DNA of 32,000 nt from Okeania sp. (GCF_035285525.1 NZ_JAYKGW010000109.1:1-32000); one strand, 5' to 3'; counted from the stretch's first letter, positions 1 to 10,073 are shown. A program made the numbers and translations. The notes: generated from the sequence alone by a model not told the origin.

Positions 1-529
1 TGAGATTCGAGGTTTGTTTCGTCTCCCTCACCGGCACATTTACTAATCTAGCAACTCCTTCTTGGAATGTCAACCCCTTTTTTCAAAGTTTTCCGGAAAA
101 TTATTTTTTTTAGTTGTAGTGAATTAGTTATATCTTTTGCTAGCAAAGGGTTGTAGGACTTTGAAATTTCACAAAAAAATTTTATTTTGACTAGAAATTT
201 TAGTGAAAAATGCCATTTTTATTCTTTTAGATATAAAGTTAGACTGACTGTATGTGCAAATATTTACACCTAATTTGCGGAATATAAAGCTTCAATAGTC
301 AAAAAAATTATACTAATTTAGTTATTTGCAATTATCAATACATAAATTTCACACATATTAGTGGTAGTTATAAGATTTTATGGCCTAATTTTCAGTAAGA
401 TGTCCAAGATTTTTGATATGAGTCCAGAAGGTCCTTCTTCACATCCCCAATAAATGGACTAAGCGAAAATGGCCTAAGAATGCTACTATACATATAGGCA
501 ATTTATTAAGTATTGGAATCTTTAGACTA

Positions 530-2359
530 ATGAAGAATTATGCTTCTATTGCTATTGGTATAAATCAATACGAGTTTCTGGAACCTCTCAGTTATGCTCA
601 ACAAGATGCAGAGGCACTACATAACCTTGTGGTGAATGAAAGAAATTTTGCGCCAGAACGATGCTTTTTATTAAGTGACAATATTAGCGGGGAGTGTCAA
701 CCTAATAAAGAGAGTATACTAAATATTACTGAAAAGTTTTGTCAAAACGAATTGCAAGTTGAGGATTGTCTTTGGTATTTTTTTAGTGGTTATGGTGTTA
801 GGTTTCAAAATCAAGATTACTTAATACCTGTTGATGGTAATTTGATAGACCCTGAAGCTACGGGAATATCAATAAGAAAGCTCCTGGAAAATTTGATTAA
901 GTCTCCTGTAGGAGAGGTTTTGGTTATGCTAGATATTAAGCATAGCAGTTTAGCTGATGTGGATAATAAATTTGGTGTTCAAGCATTAGAAATAGCTAAA
1001 GATTTAGAAATACCTTTGTTACTATCATGTCATGCTAACCAAATTTCGGATGAAACTTCTAGACTGCGGTTAGGATTTTTTACAGCAGCTATTTTAGAAG
1101 GATTAAATTCTGAAAAATGTATAACACTAAAAAATCTTGATGATTTTTTGAGTAGTCGCTTACCAGAATTATGTACTGAATATTTACGACCAAAGCAAAA
1201 TCATTTGATTATGGTCAATCCTACTGATAAAATTAATCAAATAATTTTGCCTCAAAGAGTTCAACTTGATAATTCTGTCACAGAAAAAGTAGGTGTAATT
1301 GTTGAACCTTTAGTTAATTATCAAACAACAAAACAAGTTTCAAATATAAAAACAAAACTTAGGAAAAAAAATATGGTAAATGGAAATACAAATAATAATA
1401 TGGTTACATCTCCTAAAAATAGTCAAAATAATTTCCAAACAGTAGAAATGTTGAAAAGTGTTGATAAAAATATTGAGGCGGATAAATCATTTTTACAAAA
1501 GTTGATTTTAGGCAGTAGTTTTACTTCTTTATTGCTACTATTAGGTGTCTTTTTTACTAATAAGTCTATATTTTTCAGTGAACAATTAGTGGGTGATGGT
1601 GATTTACCTACTACGAAAACTGAAGAAGATAATTTATTAGAACCAACTTTGTCTCGATCATTTGTAGTAAATTCTGTTGAAGGTCAATCTACAGCAAATA
1701 CTTCTAATTTAAAAATAAATCAGGAAAAACAAGAAGAAAACCAGCTCTCAGATAATCAATTAATATTATCTGAAGCTGGAAATTCACTTTATTCAGTTTC
1801 AGCTTCTAGTTTTAGTCAAGCAATTATTAAGGCTTCTGAAATTCCTGAAAGCGATCCACTCTACCCGGAAGCACAAAGTCAAATAGAACGTTGGAGTTTT
1901 ACTATTCTTGATATAGCTATTGGACGAGCTGCAAAAGGTGATTATGATGGTGCTATTAATGCAGCTAAATTAGTACCTCAAAATGTCAGACCAATTTATC
2001 AAGAAGCAAAGTTAGCAATGGCAAAATGGCAACCATTAATAGCTAAACAAACAAAAGATAATGAGGAGTTTAATGAAGCTTTATTGAAAGCTGCAAAGGA
2101 ACAGATTAAACCTGGACAAGCTTCTTCTTATATTAAGGCAATTAATGAAGTTCGTAAAATTAAGTCTGGTGAACCTAAGTATGAAGAAGCTCAACAATTA
2201 ATTGCTCAATGGAGTAATACAATTTTTAATATTGCAAAAGTCAGAGCTAAGAATAAAAATTTGAATGAGGCTATTTTGGCTGGTGAGTTAGTTCCTTATG
2301 GAACACCTTCTTATGAGTCTGCTCAAAAAGCAGTGGCAGATTGGAAAAATAGGAAATAA
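530..2359 (+). CDS. Caspase-fold (peptidase C14, orthocaspase-like) protein with substituted catalytic dyad (pseudo-orthocaspase), a central TM segment and C-terminal helical repeats
   Basis: 609-aa ORF. The N-terminus follows the p20 caspase pattern (IAIGINQY...DAEAL...LWYFFSGYGV...DYLIPVD...VLVMLDIKHSS). The SGHG histidine is Tyr88 (tat 791-793) and the DxCHSG cysteine is Lys137 (aag 938-940). Hydrophobic stretch LILGSSFTSLLLLLGVFFT lies near aa 325-345. Two C-terminal repeats of type Y-x-EAQ-x2-I-x2-WS...LVP...Y-x2-A-x3-A-x-W. Confidence 0.75.
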   Translation: MKNYASIAIGINQYEFLEPLSYAQQDAEALHNLVVNERNFAPERCFLLSDNISGECQPNKESILNITEKFCQNELQVEDCLWYFFSGYGVRFQNQDYLIPVDGNLIDPEATGISIRKLLENLIKSPVGEVLVMLDIKHSSLADVDNKFGVQALEIAKDLEIPLLLSCHANQISDETSRLRLGFFTAAILEGLNSEKCITLKNLDDFLSSRLPELCTEYLRPKQNHLIMVNPTDKINQIILPQRVQLDNSVTEKVGVIVEPLVNYQTTKQVSNIKTKLRKKNMVNGNTNNNMVTSPKNSQNNFQTVEMLKSVDKNIEADKSFLQKLILGSSFTSLLLLLGVFFTNKSIFFSEQLVGDGDLPTTKTEEDNLLEPTLSRSFVVNSVEGQSTANTSNLKINQEKQEENQLSDNQLILSEAGNSLYSVSASSFSQAIIKASEIPESDPLYPEAQSQIERWSFTILDIAIGRAAKGDYDGAINAAKLVPQNVRPIYQEAKLAMAKWQPLIAKQTKDNEEFNEALLKAAKEQIKPGQASSYIKAINEVRKIKSGEPKYEEAQQLIAQWSNTIFNIAKVRAKNKNLNEAILAGELVPYGTPSYESAQKAVADWKNRK

Positions 2360-3263
2360 TGAAGAATTAGAAAATAGGGAGTAGGGAGTAGGGATTAGGG
2401 AAAAAGATATAGATTATTTCTGTATAATAATTGATTTATTTTTTTATTATTGGAGTTCTCTAATTAATAATTAAACCCTAAATTATAAAGGTTTAAAATT
2501 TATCGTTGAAAGCTAATATGCCTGTATTTAAGAAAATACTCAATTTAGTTGGTGGATTAATTAATACTTGCAAAATTACTGAATCTAAAAATAGACTAAA
2601 AAACAAGAAAAAAAGATGTTTATAAAACTTCTACTAGGATATATAATATGTAGCAGTAATTATTTTTGATAGGGATATTGGGTACTTGGAGTTTGGTCAA
2701 AAAAATATCAACCCTTTTAATAGTTTGAGATCAGGTTTAATTTTAATGTGTTGGTAAGGATTTCCTGCAGAATGCTGCGCAAACAACTATTAGGAATTAG
2801 CAGTAGTCAGCTCAAGCGCAATAAAAATGAATGAAATAAGCGCTATTTTAACTTCTACTTTTCAATCATATATCTGAGTTGTCAACCCATATAATGTATG
2901 GCCGGAAATTATAGATATGTTTTAGAAGCTGATTAAATATGTTTACTCTCCCGGAATACCCTATTGAATGGTAAGCCCATAACTTCTATTTTTTCTCTAA
3001 GTTTTGTATTCAGAAAAATGTTTATAAAGTATAGCTTTTCGGGAGAGGTAATTATCAATTATCCATTAATGAAGTGTGTTTTAGCTATTACAGCCAAGAT
3101 ACGTACAAATACAGGAGATTTCGAGCAAATGATGTACAAGGTAAATGGTGACAAAATTTTAGTGGGGGCATTTTGCCCGCTTCGGAGTGTACCTCATAAC
3201 AATGGAAAGCCCTCTATTTGTTTGTATTTTGCAAATCCTAATTTAAGAATAATTTAGGTAAAA

Positions 3264-6200
3264 ATGATGCTAGTTTTACCAGTAAAGAGGTTGCTAAAAA
3301 AACTGAGCAATTATTTGATTTTATATAATATTATTTTCTATGAAAATTTTCGATTGTCATTACAATTTATTTTGTTCATATATTTGATTACTCCCATATA
3401 TATTACAGTTGGATTTGTTGGTTGGATATTAGTACAAAATGAAGGAAGCTTAGTTCAACAATTAGCTACTCAATTTCAATTAAATAATAATTTTAGTCAT
3501 CATGTTATTCATAATCTAGATACATTTACTATCTTGTTATGTTTATTAGGAATAACTATAGTTACTTACTTAGCTTTGCTAATATCTAGCTGGATGACTA
3601 AAGCCATATACAAATTATTAAGAGAAATTCAAAAAAGTAATCTTACTAAAATAGAAGATTTAGCAGCATCTTTTAAGCAGATACAGAAAGATGAAAATAA
3701 CTTCCGAGAAAGCGATCGCTTTTTTCATGTTTCTGTTGATTTATTGGCAATTATGGGTACTGATGGTTATTTTAAACAGCTTAATTCAAGTTGGTCAAGA
3801 ATTTTAGGTTACAGTATTCAAGAACTATTAGCAGTACCTTATCTTGAGTTTGTACATCCAGAAGACCGAAATATTACTGTTGCAGAAATAGAAAAGATTT
3901 CTGAGGGTGCTACAAGTTTGAATTTCCAGAATCGTTATTGCACAAAAGATGGTTCTTATAAATGGTTTACTTGGAATATTGTTCCTTGTTTAACAGAAAA
4001 TTTAATCTGTGCAGTTGTACGAGATATTACAGATGAACAGGAATCTATGGAACAGCTTTTTATTAATCAAAGACAATTAATAGAAGCTGAAAAATTTGCT
4101 GGTGTCGGAACTTGGCAAAATGATTTAATTACAGGTGAGTTTAAGTGTTCAGAACAATTATCTTTTATTTTTTGTTGGCCTTTCCAATCAAAATTTTTCA
4201 CTATGGAAGATTATTATCAGTTAATTCATCCTGATGATTTGCCAGCCATCAAAAAAGCGATTGATTTAACAATTCACTATGGTCAAAATTTCAAAATTGA
4301 GCAAAGAATATTATGCTCTGGTGGGAAAGTAAAACATATATTAATTAGTGGGAAACCGATTGTTGATAAAGAAGGCAAGGTAATTAAAATTTTTGGCATA
4401 GTTTTAGATATTACAGAACATAAACAAATACAAATAGCATTACGAGAAAATCAAGAAAGATTTTATCAATTAGCAGAAAATATAAATAATGTTCTTTGGA
4501 TAGAAGATATTCGCAATCATCAAATTATTTATATTTCTCCTAGCTATGAAAAAATTTGGGGTTATAGCTGCGATGAGTTATATGCATCACCAAGCTCTTT
4601 TCTCAATATTATTTATCCAGAAGATCGCCCGCAAGTGGCACAAAAATTAGCAAATTTTTGGGAAAAAGAAGAGGAAAAAGAATATCGCATTGTACTACCT
4701 GATGGGGAAATACGTTGGATTTTAGAACGTAGTTTTCCGATTAAAAATCAAGCAGGGGAAGTTGATAGAATAGCTCGCATAGCACAAGATATTAGTAAGG
4801 ATAGACTTGTAGATCAAAAACTACGATTAATTCAACAACAACTCGAACTTGCATTAGAAACTTCAGGTAATGGATTATGGGATTGGAATATTATTACGGG
4901 TAAATGTTATTACAGTGTGCGATGGTTAGAAATGTTAGGTTATGATGAAAATGATTTGCCTAGAAATTTTGATAGTTGGGAAATGCTAATCCATCCGGAA
5001 GATAAAGATTGGGTGATGGATGCTTTGAATTTACATTTGGAAGATAGTTCATTTATTTTTGCTTTCGACTATCGATTACGAACTAAGTCTGGTGAATGGA
5101 AATGGATAGCAACTTATGGTAGGGTAGTAGCTAGGGATGAAACGGGTAAACCAATTAGAATGATTTGCACTCATACAGATATTAGTGATCGCAAAGCAGC
5201 AGAAGTAACTCTTCAGCAACAACTAAAATTGGAAAAACTGGTTTCTACTATTTCTGCTAGCTTTATTAATCTTCATCCTAACCAAGTTGATAGCACTCTA
5301 CAAGTAGCATTAAAACAACTTAGTGAGTTAATAGGTGCAGATCGTAGTTATTTGTTTTTAGTAAGTAGCGATCGCACTCAAGTTAGTAATACTTATCAGT
5401 GTTTTGCTACTGGAATAGAAACTGAAACTGATAGTTTACAAAATTTTTCTATAGATGATTTACCTTGGTTAATGGAGAAACTATATAAGTTTGAAGTGGT
5501 GTATATACCTCTAGTCTCGAATTTACCTCTCGAAGCAAGCACTGAAAAACAAAGATTGTTAGCGCAGTCAATTCAATCTTTGTTATGTATTCCGATGGTT
5601 TCAGGAACTCAATTAATTGGTTTTGTGCGGTTCGATGGCATTCGTCAATTACCAAACTGGACAAATTCTACAATTAATCTGTTAACAATTATTGGTAAGA
5701 TTTTTGTCAGTGCTTTAGAATATCAGGAAGCAGAGTTAGCGCTACGAGAAAGCGAACAACGTTTTCGGATGATGGCAGATAGCGCTCCTGTATTAATTTG
5801 GATGTCGGGAAGAGATTGCCTTTTTAGTTATTTTAATCAAACTTGGCTAAATTTTACTGGGCGTAGTTTAGAGGAAGAAATAGGGAATGGTTGGCAACAG
5901 GGTATTCACCCTGAAGATGTGGAGTATTACCTGGAAACCTATCAAGTAAATTTTCAGACCCATCAACCGTTTAATATTGAATATCGTTTGCGAAGAGCAG
6001 ATGGTGAATATCGTTGGATTTTTGATACTGGAGTTCCGAGGTTTAATCTCAATAATATTTTTGCTGGTTATATTGGGAGTTGTATTGATATTAGCGATCG
6101 CAAAAAAGCAGAAACACAATTACAAATTTCTCTTCAGGAAAAAGAGGTTTTGCTGAAAGAAATTCATCACCGAGTTAAGAATAATCTACACATTATTTCT

Positions 6201-6761
6201 AATTTATTAGATTTGCAATCAGATTATATTGAAGATGAGAGAATAATGGAATTATTTGCTGATAGTCAAAATCGGATTCAAACTATGGCTTTGATCCATG
6301 AACAACTTTATCAGTCAAAAGATTTAGGGCAAGTTAATTTTAGGGAATATATTCATAATTTGATGGACAATTTATTATGTTCCTACATTAATAGAGAAAG
6401 TATAATTAATCCTATAATTAATGTAGAATCTATAACTATGAATTTAGAAACAGCAATTCCTTGTGGTTTAATAATTAATGAATTGGTAACTAATTCTTTA
6501 AAATATGCTTTTCCTAATAGTGAAAATGGGGAAGTTGTTATTGAATTATATCAAGATGAAGAGGAAAAAATTCATCTCACAATTAGAGATAATGGTATTG
6601 GGATACCACCAGATTTTGATTGGCAAAATAGTCCTTCTTTGGGTTTGAAGTTAGTCAGGATTCTGTCTAAACAATTAAAAGCTGAAATAGAGTTTGATGG
6701 TACTCAGGGTACAGTATTTAATTTAATATTTTTTCCTCTTAAATACAAGCCCAGATTTTAA
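3264..6761 (+). CDS. Membrane-anchored multi-PAS/GAF sensor histidine kinase (HisKA_2 + HATPase_c)
   Basis: 1165-aa ORF with two N-terminal hydrophobic segments. Five PAS/PAC-like blocks are each marked by an HPED-type motif (FVHPEDR, LIHPDDL, IIYPEDR, LIHPEDK, GIHPEDV). A GAF-like block follows (GADRSYLFLVS...LCIPMV). The H-box is EIHHRVKNNLHIISNLLDLQ and the ATPase G-boxes are RDNGIGIP and SLGLKLV. Exact start codon uncertain. Confidence 0.9.
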   Translation: MMLVLPVKRLLKKLSNYLILYNIIFYENFRLSLQFILFIYLITPIYITVGFVGWILVQNEGSLVQQLATQFQLNNNFSHHVIHNLDTFTILLCLLGITIVTYLALLISSWMTKAIYKLLREIQKSNLTKIEDLAASFKQIQKDENNFRESDRFFHVSVDLLAIMGTDGYFKQLNSSWSRILGYSIQELLAVPYLEFVHPEDRNITVAEIEKISEGATSLNFQNRYCTKDGSYKWFTWNIVPCLTENLICAVVRDITDEQESMEQLFINQRQLIEAEKFAGVGTWQNDLITGEFKCSEQLSFIFCWPFQSKFFTMEDYYQLIHPDDLPAIKKAIDLTIHYGQNFKIEQRILCSGGKVKHILISGKPIVDKEGKVIKIFGIVLDITEHKQIQIALRENQERFYQLAENINNVLWIEDIRNHQIIYISPSYEKIWGYSCDELYASPSSFLNIIYPEDRPQVAQKLANFWEKEEEKEYRIVLPDGEIRWILERSFPIKNQAGEVDRIARIAQDISKDRLVDQKLRLIQQQLELALETSGNGLWDWNIITGKCYYSVRWLEMLGYDENDLPRNFDSWEMLIHPEDKDWVMDALNLHLEDSSFIFAFDYRLRTKSGEWKWIATYGRVVARDETGKPIRMICTHTDISDRKAAEVTLQQQLKLEKLVSTISASFINLHPNQVDSTLQVALKQLSELIGADRSYLFLVSSDRTQVSNTYQCFATGIETETDSLQNFSIDDLPWLMEKLYKFEVVYIPLVSNLPLEASTEKQRLLAQSIQSLLCIPMVSGTQLIGFVRFDGIRQLPNWTNSTINLLTIIGKIFVSALEYQEAELALRESEQRFRMMADSAPVLIWMSGRDCLFSYFNQTWLNFTGRSLEEEIGNGWQQGIHPEDVEYYLETYQVNFQTHQPFNIEYRLRRADGEYRWIFDTGVPRFNLNNIFAGYIGSCIDISDRKKAETQLQISLQEKEVLLKEIHHRVKNNLHIISNLLDLQSDYIEDERIMELFADSQNRIQTMALIHEQLYQSKDLGQVNFREYIHNLMDNLLCSYINRESIINPIINVESITMNLETAIPCGLIINELVTNSLKYAFPNSENGEVVIELYQDEEEKIHLTIRDNGIGIPPDFDWQNSPSLGLKLVRILSKQLKAEIEFDGTQGTVFNLIFFPLKYKPRF

Positions 6762-6783
6762 ATAGTTGTGGAAAATAAATTTG

Positions 6784-6978
6784 CTATTTGAGGGAGGGAA
6801 CAGGAAGGTAAATTATTTAGTTACCTTTAGATTACTTCAGCTATTAGCTAAGGATTTTAATCCTTAGATTATACAAAATAAATTTTCTAGTTTAGAGAGG
6901 GAACAGGAAGGTAAATTATTTAGTCATCTTTGGATTATGCAAAACAAATTTCCTAGTTTAGAGAGGGAACAGGAAACA
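6784..6978. repeat. Tandem ~66-nt repeat (2.3 units); the first unit carries a 37-nt palindromic insert
   Basis: AGRGAGGGAACAGGAAGGTAAATTATTTAGT... recurs at about 6791, 6894 and 6960. Unit 1 has an extra 6835-6871 relative to unit 2. Confidence 0.85.
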
Positions 6979-7511
6979 GATGAGAATTTTAGTTTTTTGC
7001 TTTTTGATTTGTCACAACCTAATTTAGGATTGCTTAATTGTATCAATATAACAATCCTGATTATAGAATTTATCAAAAGTAATGTTAAAATGGAAAAGGC
7101 ATAGATAAGTCTTAAAATAATAAATACTATAAGCATTTCCTAAAGAATGCCCTCGCATTCAGCTTTTGTATAGAATCAAGAAATTCTAAATTTAGTTAAA
7201 GACCAATTTTATTTAAAACTTTTAATTATCCTTAGAAACTAATTATTTCTTTTTTGTTAAAAGTTTCTTTCTGATTCCTTCTTTCCTGCTTCTACCATTT
7301 GTAACAAACATTTATCAAAATAGTATAAGATTTTATCATAGGGGTTTAGTCTACAAACCTAAGCGGAAAGAGATTGAGAGACCAAACCCCTACAGTTTTT
7401 TCTCACAAATCATTTCTTATGGCTATAGCTGAGGGGTGAATCCTTTTATTCTTTCTCAATTTCAAGTGTGGCTTTTACTTTCTCAAAAATTAATAGCTGA
7501 ATGCTTACCGA

Positions 7512-7565
7512 AATAATTAATAATTAAATAATTAAATAATTAAATAATTAAATAATTAAATAATT
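7512..7565. repeat. Tandem 8-mer (AATAATTA)n, about 6 copies
   Basis: Direct reading of aataattaaataattaaataatta... Confidence 0.9.
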
Positions 7566-7600
7566 CGCACCTTGAAACCTCCCCTTGGATAGGGGAAAAA

Positions 7601-7690
7601 GCGGTCGTTTTCGGCGCTTGATCCGACATATTTGCGTAGCAGTCCCTATACGATAACGCTACGCGACATGAAAAGCGGAGCTTCCCGTAG
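7601..7690 (+). repeat. GC-rich small dispersed repeat, family A (core CGCGACATGRAAAGCGGAGC with a GCGTAGC/GCTACGC hairpin)
   Basis: An ~80-nt alignment with few mismatches to 18671-18767. Core copies also at 12070-12095 (-), 19174-19194 (-), 19373-19428 and 20359-20401 (+). Confidence 0.85.
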
Positions 7691-7904
7691 TACATTGTTT
7701 CACCTTAAATGGTTCAATAGCTGTAGGTTGGGTTGAGGGACAAAACAAGGGCAATAATCTTTCTCCCCTCACTCCCCTACTCCCCTACTCCCTAATGTAC
7801 CATTTTAGATGAAACAGTCCAGTAAAGTGAGATAGATGGGTTCCCTAACCATATCTAATCGACCAAGAAAAATAAATCTTTTCCTGAAGCACCAATCCTC
7901 TCAC

Positions 7905-7975
7905 TTTTAGGGAGAGGTAATTATCCATTATCCATTATTCATTATTCATTATCCATTATTCATTAATGAAGGTAT
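7905..7975. repeat. STRR-type heptamer tract (ATTATCC/ATTATTC, about 7 units) embedded in a dispersed element GGGAGAGGTAATTATC...ATTAATGAAG
   Basis: The same flanks with only 2 units occur at 3037-3078. A related tract lies at 27811-27837 and another at 30974-30991. Confidence 0.85.
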
Positions 7976-7992
7976 TATACAGGTAAATTTTC

Positions 7993-9822
7993 ATGAAAAT
8001 CAATCAAAATACTGCTAAAAATCCGGCGAAAATTTTAGTTGTTGAAGACGAATTAATTGCGGCAGAAAATATCTCTAGAAACCTTAAAAAACTGGGATAT
8101 GAAGTAATTGAAATTGTAGACTCTGGTGAAGAAGCAATTGAATCTGCAACAAACAACCATCCTAATTTAGTGCTAATGGATATTATGCTTCAAGGAAATT
8201 TAGATGGTATTGAAGCTGCTGGACATATTCGTTCTCAATTAAAAATACCTGTTATTTATATGACTGCTTACGCAGATGATGATACATTAGGAAGAGCAAA
8301 ATTAACTGAACCTTATGGTTATTTAGTAAAGCCATTTAAGCCTCAAGCTTTAAAAACTACAATCGAGATTGCTCTGCAAAAACATAAAGGTGAACAAGCA
8401 GTAGAATCGTCCTATATCAAGGAAATTGAAGAAGTAAAAAATCAGCTTAATAAGTTAACAAATCAACAAGATATAAATCCTCTAACAAATCGAATTATCC
8501 TATCAGACAAATTTGCTAAAATTATTAATAAAATTGATATTTTTCAAGAAGAATATCCTCAGTCAGAAAAAGATTTTACACCAATTATTTCTGTGATTTG
8601 TTTAGGCATTAATCGCTTCAAACGCATTAATGATTTGGGATACGAATGGGGTGATTTGTTGATTAGAGCCATACTGCAAAATATTAATAAATTGATTAGC
8701 AAAAACAGTATGATTGCTCGCTTAGATACAGATGAGTTAGTTATTATATTGGAGCCATTTACTAATAAGATTGAAACTAAATTTATTATTCAAAAAATTT
8801 TACAGCAATTCACTCAACCTTATCTCTTAAAAGAACAAAAGTTTTTGATTAGTGCTAATGCTGGAATTGCTCTCTATCCTATTGATGGCCAGGAGATTGG
8901 AGAATTAATTTTAAAAGCCAAGAATGTGATGGAATATGCTCGAACAAAAGGGAATAACCTATATAATTTTTACAAAAAAGAAATAGGTAAACATCAAAAT
9001 ACTAATACATTAAAATTAGAGAATGATTTATACTCAGCTTTGGCAAATAAACAATTTAAAATTTACTATCAACCGATAATTGATTTAAAAACAGGTCAAA
9101 TTGTTGGTGCTGAAGCTCTAATCCGCTGGCAAACTGCTGATGGTTCTGTAATATTACCTGGGCAATTTTTACCATTAGCAGAAGAAACAGGATTAATTGA
9201 AGCAATAGGTGAATTTGTTTTGAAAAGTGCTTGTGAAGATATTAAAGCTTTACAAGATATTGGGTTAGGAAAAATAAGAGTAGGAGTTAATATATCTACT
9301 CGCCAATTAAATAAATTAGATTTACGTCAGAAATTAGTTAAAGTTCTTTTGAATAGTGGTCTTGCTCCTAATTATGTTGAGTTAGATATTAATGAAAGTG
9401 TATTGATTACTGCAAATCCCACAATAGTTATGAGAAGTTTACATGGTTTAAAAACTTTAGGTATTCAAGTTGCTATAGATGATTTTGGTACAGGTTATTC
9501 TTCCTTAAGTTATTTGGAAAAATTTCCTATTGATTCTATCAAAATTAACCAGAACTTTATTAGAAAAATTAATCTCAATTCTACGAACCAAGTGATAACA
9601 TCAGCAATTATTTCCATGGCTCATAAATTAAATATGCGAGTCATTGCTGAAGGAGTAGAAACTGAAGAAGAATTATCTTTTTTAGTGCAAAATCAATGTG
9701 ATGAACTTCAAGGTTATGTATTTAATCGTCCATTACCTTTGGTAGAATTTGCATCTTTAGCAGAGTCTTTAGCTAATTGTCCTCAAATGATTAATAATTG
9801 GATAAATCAAGCAAACACTTGA
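7993..9822 (+). CDS. Response regulator REC - degenerate GGDEF - EAL (probable c-di-GMP phosphodiesterase)
   Basis: 609-aa ORF. REC: KILVVEDE...LVLMDIML...VKPF. The GGDEF-like domain has DTDEL in place of GGDEF (ARLDTDELVIIL). EAL domain motifs are QPI...GAEALIRW, VNIS, DINES, DDFGTGYSSLSYL, EGVETEEE and QGY. Confidence 0.9.
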   Translation: MKINQNTAKNPAKILVVEDELIAAENISRNLKKLGYEVIEIVDSGEEAIESATNNHPNLVLMDIMLQGNLDGIEAAGHIRSQLKIPVIYMTAYADDDTLGRAKLTEPYGYLVKPFKPQALKTTIEIALQKHKGEQAVESSYIKEIEEVKNQLNKLTNQQDINPLTNRIILSDKFAKIINKIDIFQEEYPQSEKDFTPIISVICLGINRFKRINDLGYEWGDLLIRAILQNINKLISKNSMIARLDTDELVIILEPFTNKIETKFIIQKILQQFTQPYLLKEQKFLISANAGIALYPIDGQEIGELILKAKNVMEYARTKGNNLYNFYKKEIGKHQNTNTLKLENDLYSALANKQFKIYYQPIIDLKTGQIVGAEALIRWQTADGSVILPGQFLPLAEETGLIEAIGEFVLKSACEDIKALQDIGLGKIRVGVNISTRQLNKLDLRQKLVKVLLNSGLAPNYVELDINESVLITANPTIVMRSLHGLKTLGIQVAIDDFGTGYSSLSYLEKFPIDSIKINQNFIRKINLNSTNQVITSAIISMAHKLNMRVIAEGVETEEELSFLVQNQCDELQGYVFNRPLPLVEFASLAESLANCPQMINNWINQANT

Positions 9823-10073
9823 ATTACTTGCCAATTGTGTGCTTCTAAGATGGGTGCAATATCTATGACTGCTTCTTGTCGCAAACTTATCGCTTCTTTA
9901 ATTTTACAAAGTCCTTCTAACTGAGTTTTATCCATAGAAACAGCTCGACTAATTGTTTCATTATTTTTGCAGTATAAAGATGCCGTTGCTTGATTACCTA
10001 CACCTTGAAGTTCTAGATTGTATACTTTTTTATCTTTATAAAGAAAGTGATTTGGAGCAACAATTATTTGCAT
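9807..10073 (-). CDS. Hypothetical 88-aa protein (uncertain)
   Basis: The ORF lacks dispersed-repeat sequence and has window-typical AT-rich codon usage. No recognisable motif. Its 3' end overlaps the convergent response-regulator gene by 16 nt. Confidence 0.35.
   Translation of the reverse strand: MQIIVAPNHFLYKDKKVYNLELQGVGNQATASLYCKNNETISRAVSMDKTQLEGLCKIKEAISLRQEAVIDIAPILEAHNWQVIQVFA

Noticed and set aside
1-90. Possible 5' end of a minus-strand gene leaving the window (…PVRETKQTSNL)
   Set aside because: Only about 25 codons are visible, with no clear start codon or motif. The call cannot be supported.
2518-2625. 35-aa basic small ORF (MPVFKKILNLVGGLINTCKITESKNRLKNKKKRCL)
   Set aside because: There is no ribosome-binding signal, no similarity I recognise and no partner gene. 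In AT-rich DNA an ORF of this length is expected by chance.
2964-3257. 97-aa ORF upstream of the kinase gene
   Set aside because: It starts at a non-ATG codon and runs through the dispersed GGGAGAGGTAATTATC...ATTAATGAAG repeat. It has no recognisable motif and is most likely leader DNA.
5449-6119. Antisense ORFs inside the kinase gene; the same applies to 15517-15753, 17056-17304, 17970-18308, 30567-30788 and 31169-31357
   Set aside because: These are shadow ORFs opposite well-supported long genes, and they have no motifs.
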